NCBI GenBank assembly: GCA_964016885.1
Contig: OZ024757.1
Span: 35,278,001-35,342,000, forward strand
Length of the DNA: 64,000 nucleotides
Source: Eledone cirrhosa
Taxonomy: Eukaryota
Direction: 5' to 3'
Every line of letters begins with the position of its first letter. Within the stretch, counting starts at the first letter, position 1. Both the position numbers and the translations under genes were made by a program. The notes beneath the pieces were generated by a model. The model was not told where the DNA came from, ran no database searches, and worked only from the letters and a program-made list of their open reading frames with translations. Below, in pieces: positions 39,426 to 52,235 of this stretch.

Positions 39426-40876
39426 CTTTTTAATTTAATACCTGTTTGTACAACGTTTTAATTCCAAATTACTTGCACCAAACTAACTTTAATATGTAAA
39501 ATTGTGGGGTTTCTTGTGTATTCTAATTTTGTGTGTGTGTTCCCTCCAATCTGAAGTGTCCCGGGCTCTGGCTGCAATTGCACTACAATACCCCAGCTCA
39601 ACTATTCAATATTCGGCCCGGCAGTTGTTTTTATCTTCATGTGTTTCGTCAGGAAAATTCTTGGCCAATAGTGTCTCAGTTCATGCAAGTGGATGGGACT
39701 ACATCTGGTGCAGTATTTTAAGATTTTTATTGTATTTCTTAACTAGTGTTATTAAGAAATCAGGGGACGGGCGGTTGACAGTGTAGGTAGAGCGACAGAT
39801 AGAATGCTTTGCAATATTCGTTCTGGTTGTTTGCGCTCTGACTTAAACCTGCGATAGACTACCGTTCTGTCCAAGGGGAGTCTTGTACTCTCAGCTGCTT
39901 ATCTCCAAGGAAACCGGGGATAAGCTCCAGCCTGATAACCTCCAAACTTAGACAAGACTTTAACTAACTTAACGCGAGTCAATCCAAGTCCTGCGACTCT
40001 CAGTGGTATAATAGATGACTGTACTTGAATTCAATGTTATAGCTTTATCACTTATGGTATTTTGGTGATTCTGTTTCGGAATCACGAAGCCACGAGTTCG
40101 ATTCTCCACCCTACCGCGGAACACCATGGGAATATTTTTTTCTTTTTGTTACCAGAGCCAGCCTCGGGTCGTCATTGTAGGAGGATTGTTTCCCTAGGAT
40201 GAATGGTACCAGTAATTCAATGGAACAGCCTTGACATACAGTGTGACATTAGCCTGATAATTTATGTTACATGATCAGAAATCAGGTCAGGTCAGTTTAT
40301 GGAATAACTGAATGGTCATCGTCGAAACCGACGGAGTATCAAACATTTCTATAAATTAAAACACAACCGTCATGTGTGGATAGCTGTATGTGTGTGTGCG
40401 TGTATGTCTATACTATGTGTGTATGTGTGTACATCTGTATATATATGTATGCGTCTGTCTCTATGTATCTGTATGAGTGTGTGGGTCTCTGTATGTATGT
40501 AAGTATGTACTTATGTGAGAGTGTGCATGTGTGGGAGCTGTATATGTATACTATGTGTGTGTGAATACGTGTATTATGTATGTGTAATCGCCTGTCCCTC
40601 TGTGTGTCTGTATGAGTGAGTGTGTGTGTGTGGGTGTGTATGAGTGTCTGCGTGTGCGGCTGTGCGCGTGCGTGGATGTATATGTATGTCTGTGCGCGCG
40701 TGTGTGTGTGTATCCATGTGTGTATATTGCGCATTTACCTGTAGGTGTGTCTGAAAGACTCTGTGTGTGTCTATGTAAGTGTGTGTCTGTGCCTACATGG
40801 ATGTGTGTTTTCTAAGGTAAAATTGCCCGGATGTTGTGTGCAAGCTGGTGATCAATCAGAATCTATGATAAATTAT

Positions 40877-41027
40877 AGCAGCAGCAGCGACAGCAGCAGC
40901 AACAGCAGCAGCAGTAGTAGTAGTAGTAGTAGTAGTAGCAGCAGCAGCAGCAACAGTAGTAGTAGTAGTAGTAGCAGCAGCAGCAGTAGCAGCAGCAGTA
41001 GTAGTAGTAGTAGTGGTGGTGGTGGTG

Positions 41028-41094
<67 letters not shown>

Positions 41095-41476
41095 TAGTAG
41101 AAGCAGCAACAGTAGTAGTAGCAGCAGTAGTAGTGAAAGTAGTAGCAGCAGCAGCAGTAGTAGTAGTAGTAGCAGCAGCAACAGTAGTAGTAGTAGTAGC
41201 AGCAGCAGCAGTAGTAGTAGTAGTAGCAGCAGCAGCAGTAGTGAAAGTAGTAGCAGCAGCAGCAGCAGTAGCAGCAGCAACAGTACTAGTAGTAGTAGTA
41301 GTAGCAGCAGCAGTAGTAGTAGTAGAAGCAGCAGCAGCAGTAGTAGTAGTAGTAGTAGCAGTAGTAGCAGCAGCATGAGCAGCAGCAGCAGTAGTAGTAG
41401 TAGTGGTGGTGGTGGTGGTAGAAGCAGCAGCAGCAGTAGTAGTAGTAGTAGCAGCAGCAGCAGTAGTAGTAGTAGT

Positions 41477-41508
<32 letters not shown>

Positions 41509-41671
41509 TAGTAGCAGCAGCAGTAGTAGAAGCAGCAGCAGCAGTAGTAGTAGTAGTAGTAGCAGCAGCAAGAGCAGCAGCAGCAGTAGTAGTAGTAGTG
41601 GTGGTGGTGGTGGTAGAAGCAGCAGCAGCAGTAGTAGTAGTAGTAGCATCAGCAGTAGTAGTAGTAGTAGT

Positions 41672-41706
<35 letters not shown>

Positions 41707-41734
41707 TAGAAGCAGCAGCAGCAGTAGTAGTAGT

Positions 41735-41769
<35 letters not shown>

Positions 41770-41827
41770 TAGTAGCAACAGTTTCAGTAGTAGTAGTAGT
41801 AGCAGCAGCAGCAGCAGCAGTAGTAGT

Positions 41828-41873
<46 letters not shown>

Positions 41874-42020
41874 CTAGTAGTAGCAGCAGCAGCATTAGTA
41901 GTAGTAGTAGTAGTAGCAGCAGCAGTAATAGTAGTAGTAGAAGTACTAGTAGTAGTAGTAGTAGTAGTAGTACTAACAGCAGTAGTAGTAGTAGTAGTAA
42001 CAGCAGGAGTAGTAGTTAGT

Positions 42021-42062
<42 letters not shown>

Positions 42063-42092
42063 TGTAGTAATTGTTATAGTAGTAGTAGTAGT
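40877..42092. repeat. Compound (AGT)n/(AGC)n/(GGT)n trinucleotide microsatellite
   Basis: Seen directly; it explains the poly-S/L/T/V ORFs. Confidence 0.97.
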
Positions 42093-42339
42093 TATACAAC
42101 CCTAGGTCAGCTCTGCTTAAGTAGTCCTGTCATCAAATGTGTTCCAACTGTAAACGGGGATCACATTGTTCAAAGGTAACCCAGGTGTTTGATACAAAGA
42201 GGTTTCTTGGCTGCTATTTTTAGAAGATCTGTAGAAGAAATAAAGCTCCTAGTTCCCCACCACACCCCTCGTTATCTCAGCTAAAATCTAGATGTTCATA
42301 AAAGAAACCGAGTGATGTAGAAAGCATTTGAAAAATTTG

Positions 42340-43633
42340 AAATGAATATGATTGCAAATATAAGCGGTGGAAATGCGGTTCCTTCGAAGGGGCTTTGTAA
42401 AAACGTTACTCAAGCGAGGGCGTGGCTCGGTGGTCAAACTTTAGGTAGAACCGCTATTTCTCCGAATTGAGAGATCACAGCTCGGACACTATGGGCATGT
42501 GGTTAGAATGTCTCAGGAAAGAATCACTGGAGTCACTCCAGGTAGAGCTGCTACTTCTCCGAATTAAGATATCACAGCTCTGATATTACGGACATGTGGT
42601 TAAAATGTCTCATGAAAGAATCAGTGGAGTCACTCCAGGTATAGCTGCTACTTCTCCGAATTGAGAGATCACAGCTCGGAGACTATGAGAATGTGGTTAG
42701 AATTGCTCAGGAAAGAATCGGTGGAGTCACTACAGGTATAGCTGCTACTTCTTCGAATTGAGCGACCACAGCTTCGATATTACAGACATGTGGTTAGAAT
42801 GTCTCAGGAAAGAATCACTGGAGTCACTCCAGGTATAGCTGCTACTTCTCCGAATTGAGAGATCACAGCTCTCATATTACAAACATGTGGTTAGAATGTC
42901 TCAGGAAAGAATCACTGGAGTCACTCCAGGTAGAGCTGCTACTTCTCCGAATTGAGAGATCACAGCTCTCATATTACAAACATGTGGTTAGAATGTCTCA
43001 GGAAAGAATCACTGGAGTCACTCCAGGTATAGCTGCTACTTCTCCGAATTGAGAGATCACAGCTCTCATATTACAAACATGTGGTTAGAATGTCTCAGGA
43101 AAGAATCACTGGAGTCACTCCAGGTAGAGCTGCTACTTCTCCAAATTGAGAGACCACAGCTCCGATATTACAGACATGTGGTTAGAATGTCACAGGAAAG
43201 AAATACTGGAGTCACTCCAGGTATAGCTGCTACTTCTCCAAATTGAGAGACCACAGCTCCGATATTACAGATATGTGGTTAAAATGTCTCAGGAGAGAAT
43301 CAGTGGAGTCACTCAAGGTATAGCTGCTACTTCTCCGAATTGAGAGATCACAGTTTGGACACTATGGGCATGTGGTTAGAATTTCTCAGGAAAGAATCAG
43401 TGGAGTCACTCCAGGTATAGCTGCTACTTCTTCGAATTGAGCAACCACAGCTCCGATATTACAGACATGTGGTTAGAATGTCTCAGGAAAGAATCAGTGG
43501 AGTCACCCCAGGTATAGCTGCTACTTCTCCGAATTGAGAGATCACAGCTCTGATATTACAGACATGTGGTTAAAATGTCTCAGGAAAGAATCACTGGAGT
43601 CACTCCAGGTATAGCTGTTACTTTCCCGAATTG
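42340..43633 (+). repeat. RTE-type LINE fragment expanded into a 97-bp minisatellite (~12 copies from ~42460)
   Basis: Period 97 (ORFs at 42855 and 43049 are 194 apart). The unit translates as VELLLLRIERSQLRYYRHVVRMSQER and the upstream flank as AVEMRFLRR. Confidence 0.85.
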
Positions 43634-44519
43634 TCCCTTCCATTATCCTTTTATGTAAGAACCTTTATAAGTTATGTTCCAGACACCAGCTAAGTAATGC
43701 GATAGTTAGTTATGTTACTAAATCTCTTCTTTAGTCTGTGCCAGATGCCTGTTATTCAATGTGTATGGCTTGCCTGTAGTCCTGATGCTCTTGTGCACTG
43801 GTGGGGGCCAGCTCAACCCATCTTGAGTGTACATTAGATATCTGTGATCGCAGTCCATGGGTTGCTTATGGTGCTGGTGCTCTGGGTGCACATTTTAGGT
43901 CAGCTCAACCCATCTTGAGTGTACGCCAGATGTCTGTGATCACAGTACATGGCTTGCCTATGTTCCTGATGGTCTGGGTGCTCAGGTTGGGGCCAAACAT
44001 GGGTTGTTTATGGCTGTGATGCAGAGGATGCACTGGTTGGAACTGGCTTGACCCAGTAGCATAGATTGAGTGAGTGTGAGAGTGGAGGGGGTCCACCCTG
44101 GGTAACACATTTAGAGAGGGGAGGCAGCACTTTTGGGTCTGTTGAATAAGTCTGTAATGGCTTGGGTGGTTTACTTGGGGTGGCACACACTCTACCTATA
44201 ATACTGGCTCAACCCATCTTGGCTGAATGATGACCATAGCCTCCAGTTGACCTGAGCCTTGTGTGTGCAATTGGGCAGATGGAAACTGTTGGAAGCTTGT
44301 CGGATCAACTCTACCAGTATTTCAAAGGGACAGCCTTGTCAGAGATGGGAAACAAATAGTCAATCCACCACCCCTGTCAAAACCTCTGCCAAATGGCCGC
44401 CAAACTACAGCATTACACCATATAATTTAATAAATAGGAAAGAAAAGAGGAGAGAAAAAGATATAAGTTGTGTTTCTGGAAATCCAGTTAGGATATTTAC
44501 CAAGGAAGAAATTCCATGA

Positions 44520-45915
44520 AGATGCTTAGACATCATATGTATCTATACGTACATACATATATGTATACAGACGTACAGTAGTATGTATATATATACATAC
44601 ATATATGTATATATATACATGTTTAGACATCGTTTTGGCTTTATTGTCTTCGAACTGACAAACTGACAGGAAAGGGGGAGAATGTTTATCGCACAAATAT
44701 ATATATGGAGTGTGTGTTTATAACTATATGTGTGTATATTATAACTATATGTGTGTGTATGTATATGGAGTGTGTGTTTATAGCTATATGTGTGTATATA
44801 GAGCTATATGTGTGTTTATAGCTATATGTGTGTGTATATATATGGAGTGTGTGTTTATAACTATGTGTGTGTATGTATAAGGAGTGTGTGTTTATAGCTA
44901 TGTGTGTATATATAGCTATATGTGTGTATATATAGCTATATGTGTGTATATATAGCTATATGTGTGTGTTTATAGCAATATGTGTGTGTATGTGGAGTGT
45001 GTATGTATGTGTATGTATATGGAGTGTGTGTTTATAGCTATATGTATGTGTATGTGTATGGAGAGTGTGTGTTTATATGTTTGTATATGTGTGTGTATGT
45101 GTGGATGTATGTATGTCTATTTATGTGGAGAGTGCGTTTATATGTAGGTATATGTGTTTGTATGTGTATATGTATAGAGTATGTGATTATATGTGTGTAT
45201 GTATGTATGTATGGATGAATGGATGTATGTGTGTGTGTGTTTGTATGTATGTATATATGTGTGTATGCATGTGTGTATGTATCTGTGTGTATGTGTGTAT
45301 GCATGTGTGTGTATGTATTATGTTTGTGTGTATGTATATGTGTTTGTATGTGTGTATATATATATATACATATGCATATATGTATGTGTGTGTATGTATA
45401 TAGGTATATGAAAGTATTTACATGTGCATACAAACATACGTACATATATAATCATACACGCATACATACAAACACATGCATATAAACACACACTCCATAT
45501 AAATACACATACATACACATATGGATACAAACACACGTACATATATAATCATACACACATACATACAAACGCACATGCATATAAACACACACTCCATATA
45601 AATACACATACATACACATATGGATACAAACACACGTACATATATAATCATACACACATACATACAAACGCACATGCATATAAACACACACTCCATATAA
45701 ATACACATACATACACATGCATACAAACACATACATATATATATACATATGCGGATATATATGTAAGTATGTGCATCTGTATATATTTCATTTTATTGAG
45801 CAAATGACTGGAACGATTGTTAACCAGTTTAGTGTTGAGGCGTTACGGCTGCGCTTTCAACTACATTGGGGAATGCTGTTGCATGTTAAGGCTGACAACA
45901 GAGTTGTTGCATATA

Positions 45916-45951
<36 letters not shown>

Positions 45952-46367
45952 TGTATGTATGTATATATGTATGTATATATGTATGTATATATATATGTAT
46001 GTATATATATATGTATGTATATATATATGTATGTATATATATATGTATGTATATATATATGTATGTATATATATATATATGTATGTATGTATATATATAT
46101 GTATGTATGTATGTATGTATATATGTATGTATGTATGTATGTATATATATATACGTATGTATGTATATATATATGTATGTATGTATATATGTATGTATGT
46201 ATATAAGTATGTATGTATGTAAATATATATATATATATACTTGTATGTATGTATAGATGTATGTATGTGTGTGTGTGTGTGTACGTATGTATGTGTGTTT
46301 GTATGTTTGTATGAATGTATGTATGTGTGCGTGTATGTATGAATGTGTGAATGTGTGCCTATGTATG

Positions 46368-46424
<57 letters not shown>

Positions 46425-46512
46425 GTATGTATGTATATATGTATGTATACAGACACACACACATATATATATATATATATATGTACACATATATATATAT
46501 ATATATATATAT
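44520..46512. repeat. TA/TG/TATG microsatellite field including a ~99-bp tandem unit (45420-45740)
   Basis: Seen directly. Confidence 0.9.
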
Positions 46513-46637
46513 ATGAATATAGACATAGAATATTCGAAAATATTCTGTATGTTTATAATAAACATTTTGAAGACCTAATCGCTATAGAATAGAATACGTC
46601 ACGTATTACAATTAGATTCTCGATAAAAGCAAGGGAA

Positions 46638-46680
46638 GTAATCTACGCGTTTCATTCTCGTTAGAAATCATCAGGACTAC
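46638..46680 (-). ncRNA. Minimal type I hammerhead ribozyme (family A)
   Basis: Reverse complement of gtagtc CTGATGA tttctaacgagaat GAAA cgcg TA gattac. Confidence 0.85.
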
Positions 46681-46947
46681 ATATCCAGTGCTTTTATCGA
46701 GAATGACACAGCTAGAGACTTATAGAATACTTAGCTGTGTACAGGAACTGGTTTGAAAGAGCGGTTGCCGGTCCGGCAGAAATTAGAAATTGGAATAAAT
46801 GCTCTGAAATAGCGATATATATGTGAATATAGACATAGAATATTCGAAAATATTCTGTATGTTTATAATAAACATTTTGAAGACCTAATCGCTATAGAAT
46901 AGAATACGTCACGTATTACAATTAGATTCTCGATAAAAGCAAGGGAA

Positions 46948-46990
46948 GTAATCTACGCGTTTCATTCTCGTTAGAAATCATCAGGACTAC
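46948..46990 (-). ncRNA. Minimal type I hammerhead ribozyme (family A)
   Basis: Identical copy, 310 bp downstream. Confidence 0.85.
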
Positions 46991-47233
46991 ATATCCAGTG
47001 CTTTTATCGAGAATGACACAGCTAGAGACTTATAGAATACTTAGCTGTGTACAGGAACTGGTTTGAAAGAGCGGTTGCCGGTCCGGCAGAAATTAGAAAT
47101 TGGAATAAATGCTCTGAAATAGCGATATATATGTGAATATAGACATAGAATATTCGAAAATATTCTGTATGTTTATAATAAACATTTTGAAGACCTAATC
47201 GCTATAGAATAGAATACGTCACGTATTACAATT

Positions 47234-47271
47234 CCTGATGATTTCTAACGAGAATGAAACGCGTAGATTAC
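47234..47271 (+). ncRNA. Family A hammerhead with 5' stem I truncated by the inversion junction
   Basis: att|cCTGATGA...GAAAcgcgTAgattac. Confidence 0.7.
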
Positions 47272-47538
47272 TTCCCTTGCTTTTATCGAGAATCTAATTG
47301 TAATACGTGACGTATTCTATTCTATAGCGATTAGGTCTTCAAAATGTTTATTATAAACATACAGAATATTTTCGAATATTCTATGTCTATATTCACATAT
47401 ATATCGCTATTTCAGAGCATTTATTCCAATTTCTAATTTCTGCCGGACCGGCAACCGCTCTTTCAAACCAGTTCCTGTACACAGCTAAGTATTCTATAAG
47501 TCTCTAGCTGTGTCATTCTCGATAAAAGCACTGGATAT

Positions 47539-47581
47539 GTAGTCCTGATGATTTCTAACGAGAATGAAACGCGTAGATTAC
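47539..47581 (+). ncRNA. Minimal type I hammerhead ribozyme (family A)
   Basis: Stem I gtagtc/gattac, CUGAUGA 47545-47551, stem II ttct/agaa, GAAA 47566-47569, palindromic acgcgt, predicted cleavage after GUA at 47575. Confidence 0.88.
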
Positions 47582-47848
47582 TTCCCTTGCTTTTATCGAG
47601 AATCTAATTGTAATACGTGACGTATTCTATTCTATAGCGATTAGGTCTTCAAAATGTTTATTATAAACATACAGAATATTTTCGAATATTCTATGTCTAT
47701 ATTCACATATATATCGCTATTTCAGAGCATTTATTCCAATTTCTAATTTCTGCCGGACCGGCAACCGCTCTTTCAAACCAGTTCCTGTACACAGCTAAGT
47801 ATTCTATAAGTCTCTAGCTGTGTCATTCTCGATAAAAGCACTGGATAT

Positions 47849-47891
47849 GTAGTCCTGATGATTTCTAACGAGAATGAAACGCGTAGATTAC
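47849..47891 (+). ncRNA. Minimal type I hammerhead ribozyme (family A)
   Basis: Identical copy, +310. Confidence 0.88.
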
Positions 47892-48158
47892 TTCCCTTGC
47901 TTTTATCGAGAATCTAATTGTAATACGTGACGTATTCTATTCTATAGCGATTAGGTCTTCAAAATGTTTATTATAAACATACAGAATATTTTCGAATATT
48001 CTATGTCTATATTCACATATATATCGCTATTTCAGAGCATTTATTCCAATTTCTAATTTCTGCCGGACCGGCAACCGCTCTTTCAAACCAGTTCCTGTAC
48101 ACAGCTAAGTATTCTATAAGTCTCTAGCTGTGTCATTCTCGATAAAAGCACTGGATAT

Positions 48159-48201
48159 GTAGTCCTGATGATTTCTAACGAGAATGAAACGCGTAGATTA
48201 C
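48159..48201 (+). ncRNA. Minimal type I hammerhead ribozyme (family A)
   Basis: Identical copy, +620. Confidence 0.88.
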
Positions 48202-48448
48202 TTCCCTTGCTTTTATCGAGAATCTAATTGTAATACGTGACGTATTCTATTCTATAGCGATTAGGTCTTCAAAATGTTTATTATAAACATACAGAATATT
48301 TTCGAATATTCTATGTCTATATTCACATATATATCGCTATTTCAGAGCATTTATTCCAATATATATATATATTATATATGTGTGTATTCCTGTCTTAACG
48401 ACATCACAACTTTCTCCGCTTGGCCTGTTTCCCCCCTTTTGGAACTTT

Positions 48449-48484
48449 TCCCCCGTTGATGGGCGTGAGCCCGAAATATTGGGA
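48449..48484 (+). ncRNA. Degenerate hammerhead-like motif
   Basis: tccc CCGTTGA t gggc-gtga-gccc GAAA ta TT ggga; two deviations from the core. Confidence 0.45.
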
Positions 48485-49044
48485 TTAAATCTCTACTACG
48501 GTAACCCTTCTACCTTTGTTTTGTTTTCATCTTTGTCTCTCTCAATTTTCACTTTCACCTGTTTTTCCTATCTATATTTCACTTCCTACCTCGAGATTTC
48601 CCTTTGCATTGTTGTGGCTTTCTTAAATACGTATTTTTACACATTTCACAATGCTTCAAGCAAACTTTAACACCCTCTTATATATATGTGTGTGTGTGTA
48701 TATATATATATATACTTACATACACATAAATGTATATACATGATACCTACATGCACATGCAAACAGACATACACACACAGACACACACACATATATACAC
48801 ATATATATACACATCTACAATATTTGGCAAAGAACAACAAAAGCAATGTAGAATTTATTATCATGCCTTTATTTATCTTGGAGTACAGGGACATTACAGA
48901 AGACCGCAATAAACCATCTTAATACAAACAGAAGTTACATTTACATATCATTCTAGAATGGAATGGATCCCCATCGCCTTCGACGATGAATATTACATTT
49001 GTTTCATCAATGGAACAGCCTGCTTGTAAAATTAAATGGTATGA

Positions 49045-49397
49045 GGTTGAGTATTCCATAGATATTTCTACACTTAACGTAGTTCTCAGGGAGAGACAGT
49101 GTGTGATATGTCTGCCGCCCCCTTGAATTACAGGTACAGTCCATCTTATATTATAGTGTAAGTGGTTGAGTATTCCACAAACATTTCTACACTTAAGTGG
49201 TTCTCAGGGAGATTCAGGGCGACACAGTGTGTGATATGTCTGCCGCCCCCTTGAATTACAGGTACAGTCCATCTTATATTATAGTGTAAGTGGTTGAGTA
49301 TTCCACATACATTTCTACACTTAAGTGGTTCTCAGGGAGATTCAGGGCGACACAGTGTGTGGCAAGACTGGCCCCTTTTTATTACAGGTACAGTCTA
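49045..49397 (+). repeat. ~128-bp tandem repeat (~3 copies) of a SINE-like segment
   Basis: agtggttgagtattccac recurs at 49161 and 49289; related to 52400-52560 on the minus strand. Confidence 0.75.
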
Positions 49398-49856
49398 TCA
49401 CAACGGGCTTCCAGACAGTTTCCGTCTACCAAATTTCACTAACAAGATCCAAAATGCCACACAGCGTGATTGAATCTTATGATTGCGAATCGATCTTTTC
49501 TAATATATCAAAATAGTATCGATACATATGGAACCCCTGTCTCGTTGTTTGTTGTTGTTGTTGTTGTTGTCGTCGTTACACTCAATTTAGTGTTGATTGA
49601 TCAGTCATGTGATCAATGCCATAGCAGCGGCGACAATCTCGCGAGAGAAAGAGGGAGAGAGCGAGAGAGAGAGAGAGAATGGGAGAGGTGATAAGAGAAA
49701 GGGAGAGAGAGTATAAGAGAGACCACAAGAGAGAGAAAGCGAAAAAGTGAGAGAGCGGCAGAGAGAGAGAGAGAACAGCAGCAGAGAGAGGCAATGATAG
49801 AGAAAGAGAGAAATCAAGAGAGTGCGGCAGGGAGAGGCAATAATATATATATATAT

Positions 49857-50135
49857 GTTAGAAAGTGAGGTTTTTTTTACAAAATGAAAAATAACGGAGG
49901 TGTCCTACACGAGTGAAAGTATAAAGAAAAAAAGATGAAATCAAAAATGCAACTGGAGTCTTATTTTTAAAAAAATATATATTTATTTGGTTCCTTTACC
50001 GGTTTCACAGTTCTTCCATCTCAACTCTACTTTTGAAAAGCAGAACAACTGCGAAACCAGTAAAGGAACCAAATAAATATATATATTTTTTTTAAAATAA
50101 GACTCAAGTTGCATTTTTGATTTCATCTTTTTTCT
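49857..50135. mobile_element. Fold-back element, family B (HHR-like motif 50028-50070, +)
   Basis: Homologous to 26031-26388; ctt TTGAAAA gcagaacaactgc GAAA ccag TA aag. Confidence 0.75.
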
Positions 50136-50490
50136 CTCTCTATATATATAATAAATTTTGAGTATATGTTGGTTGTTTACTGACACCTCAATATGCAGAT
50201 TGGAGCACTCGACGAAGTACGCAGGTTGGTTTGATTACTCCGAAGTAATGAAAAATAAATAATAAACGAAGCCAAATTTTAAATATTTGACTTAATTATT
50301 TTATATATATATATATAAGAGATATTTAATTTGTTGGAAATCCAACAAATATTGATGTTTACAACTGATTCAAAGCACTCGACAGATTTCTGGAGTAAGT
50401 ATTCAATTGATATTAAATAAATTCCAGGGATAACTTGAACCGTTAAGGTATATCATCCTTGGTCATGTCAAATATTTATAAAACATTTTG

Positions 50491-50552
50491 TATTTTATCT
50501 GATGATAGCGTACCAAAATTTTTGGTACCCTTGAAATATATATAATAAAATA
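50491..50552 (+). ncRNA. Type I hammerhead ribozyme, family D
   Basis: tattttat CTGATGA tagcgtacc-aaaattttt-ggtaccctt GAAA tatata TA ataaaata; 8-bp stem I. Confidence 0.8.
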
Positions 50553-50589
50553 AATATGGTTTTATAAATATAGTTTCCATTTATTTAAT

Positions 50590-50633
<44 letters not shown>

Positions 50634-50639
50634 ATAAAC

Positions 50640-50726
50640 ACCTGATGATGTCTCCAGGATCTTACGTAACCTGGTGACTGAAATAAATCTTTGAAGGAAT
50701 TTCACCAGTCCGGCCTCCTGTCATTA
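50640..50726 (+). mobile_element. Degenerate family C HHR element
   Basis: CTGATGAtgtctccagg...cctggtgactGAAA followed by the family C tail caccagtccggcctcctgt; the cleavage region is deleted. Confidence 0.55.
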
Positions 50727-50779
<53 letters not shown>

Positions 50780-51176
50780 TGGGAGTGGTAGAGATAGGAA
50801 GACTGTGTGTGAGTATGTGAGAGTGTGTGTGTATGTGTGAGAGTGTGTGTGTGTATGTGTGAGTGATGGGTTTACAATTCCACGTGGTGCATTTGTTGCA
50901 TCTGGTAGAAGTAGAGATCTGGTACATAGTGTCCTATTCCAGATCTAGTAGGTTTTAAGTTTTCGGTCATCGGGTACCTCTTTAGATGGTTATTCCCTTT
51001 GTTTCTATTGTTTTGGTTTGTCATTGTAATGTCATCATTGCTTTCACACTGTAACGGTACCCACCCACCCATCATCCAATACCAACCCACCCTTCCCTTC
51101 AATCTATCTTATTTCTCATTCTTTCTTCTGATGAAGGACTAGTGCCCGATTGTGTTGTTATTTATGTTTACCTTTT

Positions 51177-51207
<31 letters not shown>

Positions 51208-51844
51208 GATATAGATATCACGGACTTGTCTCTTCTCTTCCTCTCTTTCCGTTGCATTACCATCTCCGTTTGTTTACATGTCTCGCTCGCTTCACCCTAA
51301 TTTACGTGTCCCAATAACTTTTTTTTAGTTATTGCTCGCACCAACCAGAGGTATAGCCAGTCACTCTCTCTCTCAGCTGGCCTCTTCCTCACACTTTCAC
51401 TCACTCACTCTCTGCTTCTCCCGCTCTCTCACTTCCTCCCGTTTGACCTGTGTGAAATCCTTTTCTTGCTCACATCTCGCCCAGGTCGGATGGTCTTTAC
51501 CTGTCTGACTGCCTATCTGCCTCTCTGTTTGTCCATCTCTCTATCTATCTATCTATCTATCGATCTTCCCCTGTATCTTATTCAATATTCAAAGACAAGA
51601 CCCTTCCACGAAAGTAATTAATACAATTGCTTTCATCTAATTAATGTCAATCCATCCTTAATTAAATTAATAGCCCAGATTAGATTGAAACTCGTATTCG
51701 AACGTCTAATTAGTAAGAATATAAATAGAATTAGTATTTGCAATAAATATGTGAAGACATGTAGCTTAGTGGTTAGGGTGTTGGACTTACGACTGTACGG
51801 TGATGGTTTTAATTGCTGGCGATGCAACATCACCTTGAGAATAC

Positions 51845-52022
51845 GGTGAGGATTAGGGTTATTCCCAAGAATGCCGATTGCTTATCAATCAATGAAGAGA
51901 TTTTCAGACAACTCCCTGGTAACAGCCATACTTATTACAGTTCTGATAGAGTGCACGTTGATGACCCTACAGAGGCAGACAGATATTCTACTGAATTTCT
52001 AAACTCGTCTACACCTTCCAGT
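51845..52022 (+). pseudogene. Helitron PIF1-helicase fragment
   Basis: PKNADCLSINEEIFRQLPG..HTYYSSD...YSTEFLNSSTPS matches the P.N....IN......LPG....Y.S.D...EFLNSL.PSG helicase segment. Confidence 0.75.
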
Positions 52023-52038
52023 TAAAAGCAGGATCAAT

Positions 52039-52235
52039 AATAATTGTTTCTACTTTAGGCACAGGGCCAGCAATTTGAACAGAGAGGAAAATTGATTATA
52101 TCGACCCCCGGTGCATTACTGGTGCTTTAATTATCGACCTCATAAGGATGAAAAGCAAAGGCAGCATCGGCAGGATTCAAACTCAGCACGCAAAGGGCCG
52201 CAACTCTATGCTGCGAAGCAGGGTTTCCGACGCTC
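52039..52235 (-). mobile_element. tRNA-derived SINE (diverged)
   Basis: aataattgtttctactttaggcac...ttatcgacc..aaggatgaaa. Confidence 0.7.

Larger units (their letters stand above)
46513..48360. mobile_element. 310-bp tandem array with one hammerhead per unit (retrozyme-like or Penelope pLTR-like, family A), inverted at 47233/47234
   Basis: Exact 310-bp period (46521/46831/47141 and 47541/47851/48161). About 2.3 units lie in one orientation and 3.6 in the other, flanked by (TA)n. Confidence 0.88.

Noticed and set aside
40745-42179. Poly-Ser/Leu/Thr/Val ORFs
   Set aside because: A trinucleotide microsatellite that is open in most frames.
51120-51150. CTGATGAagg..ccc as a hammerhead
   Set aside because: No following GAAA, stem III or UH; at most a truncated remnant.
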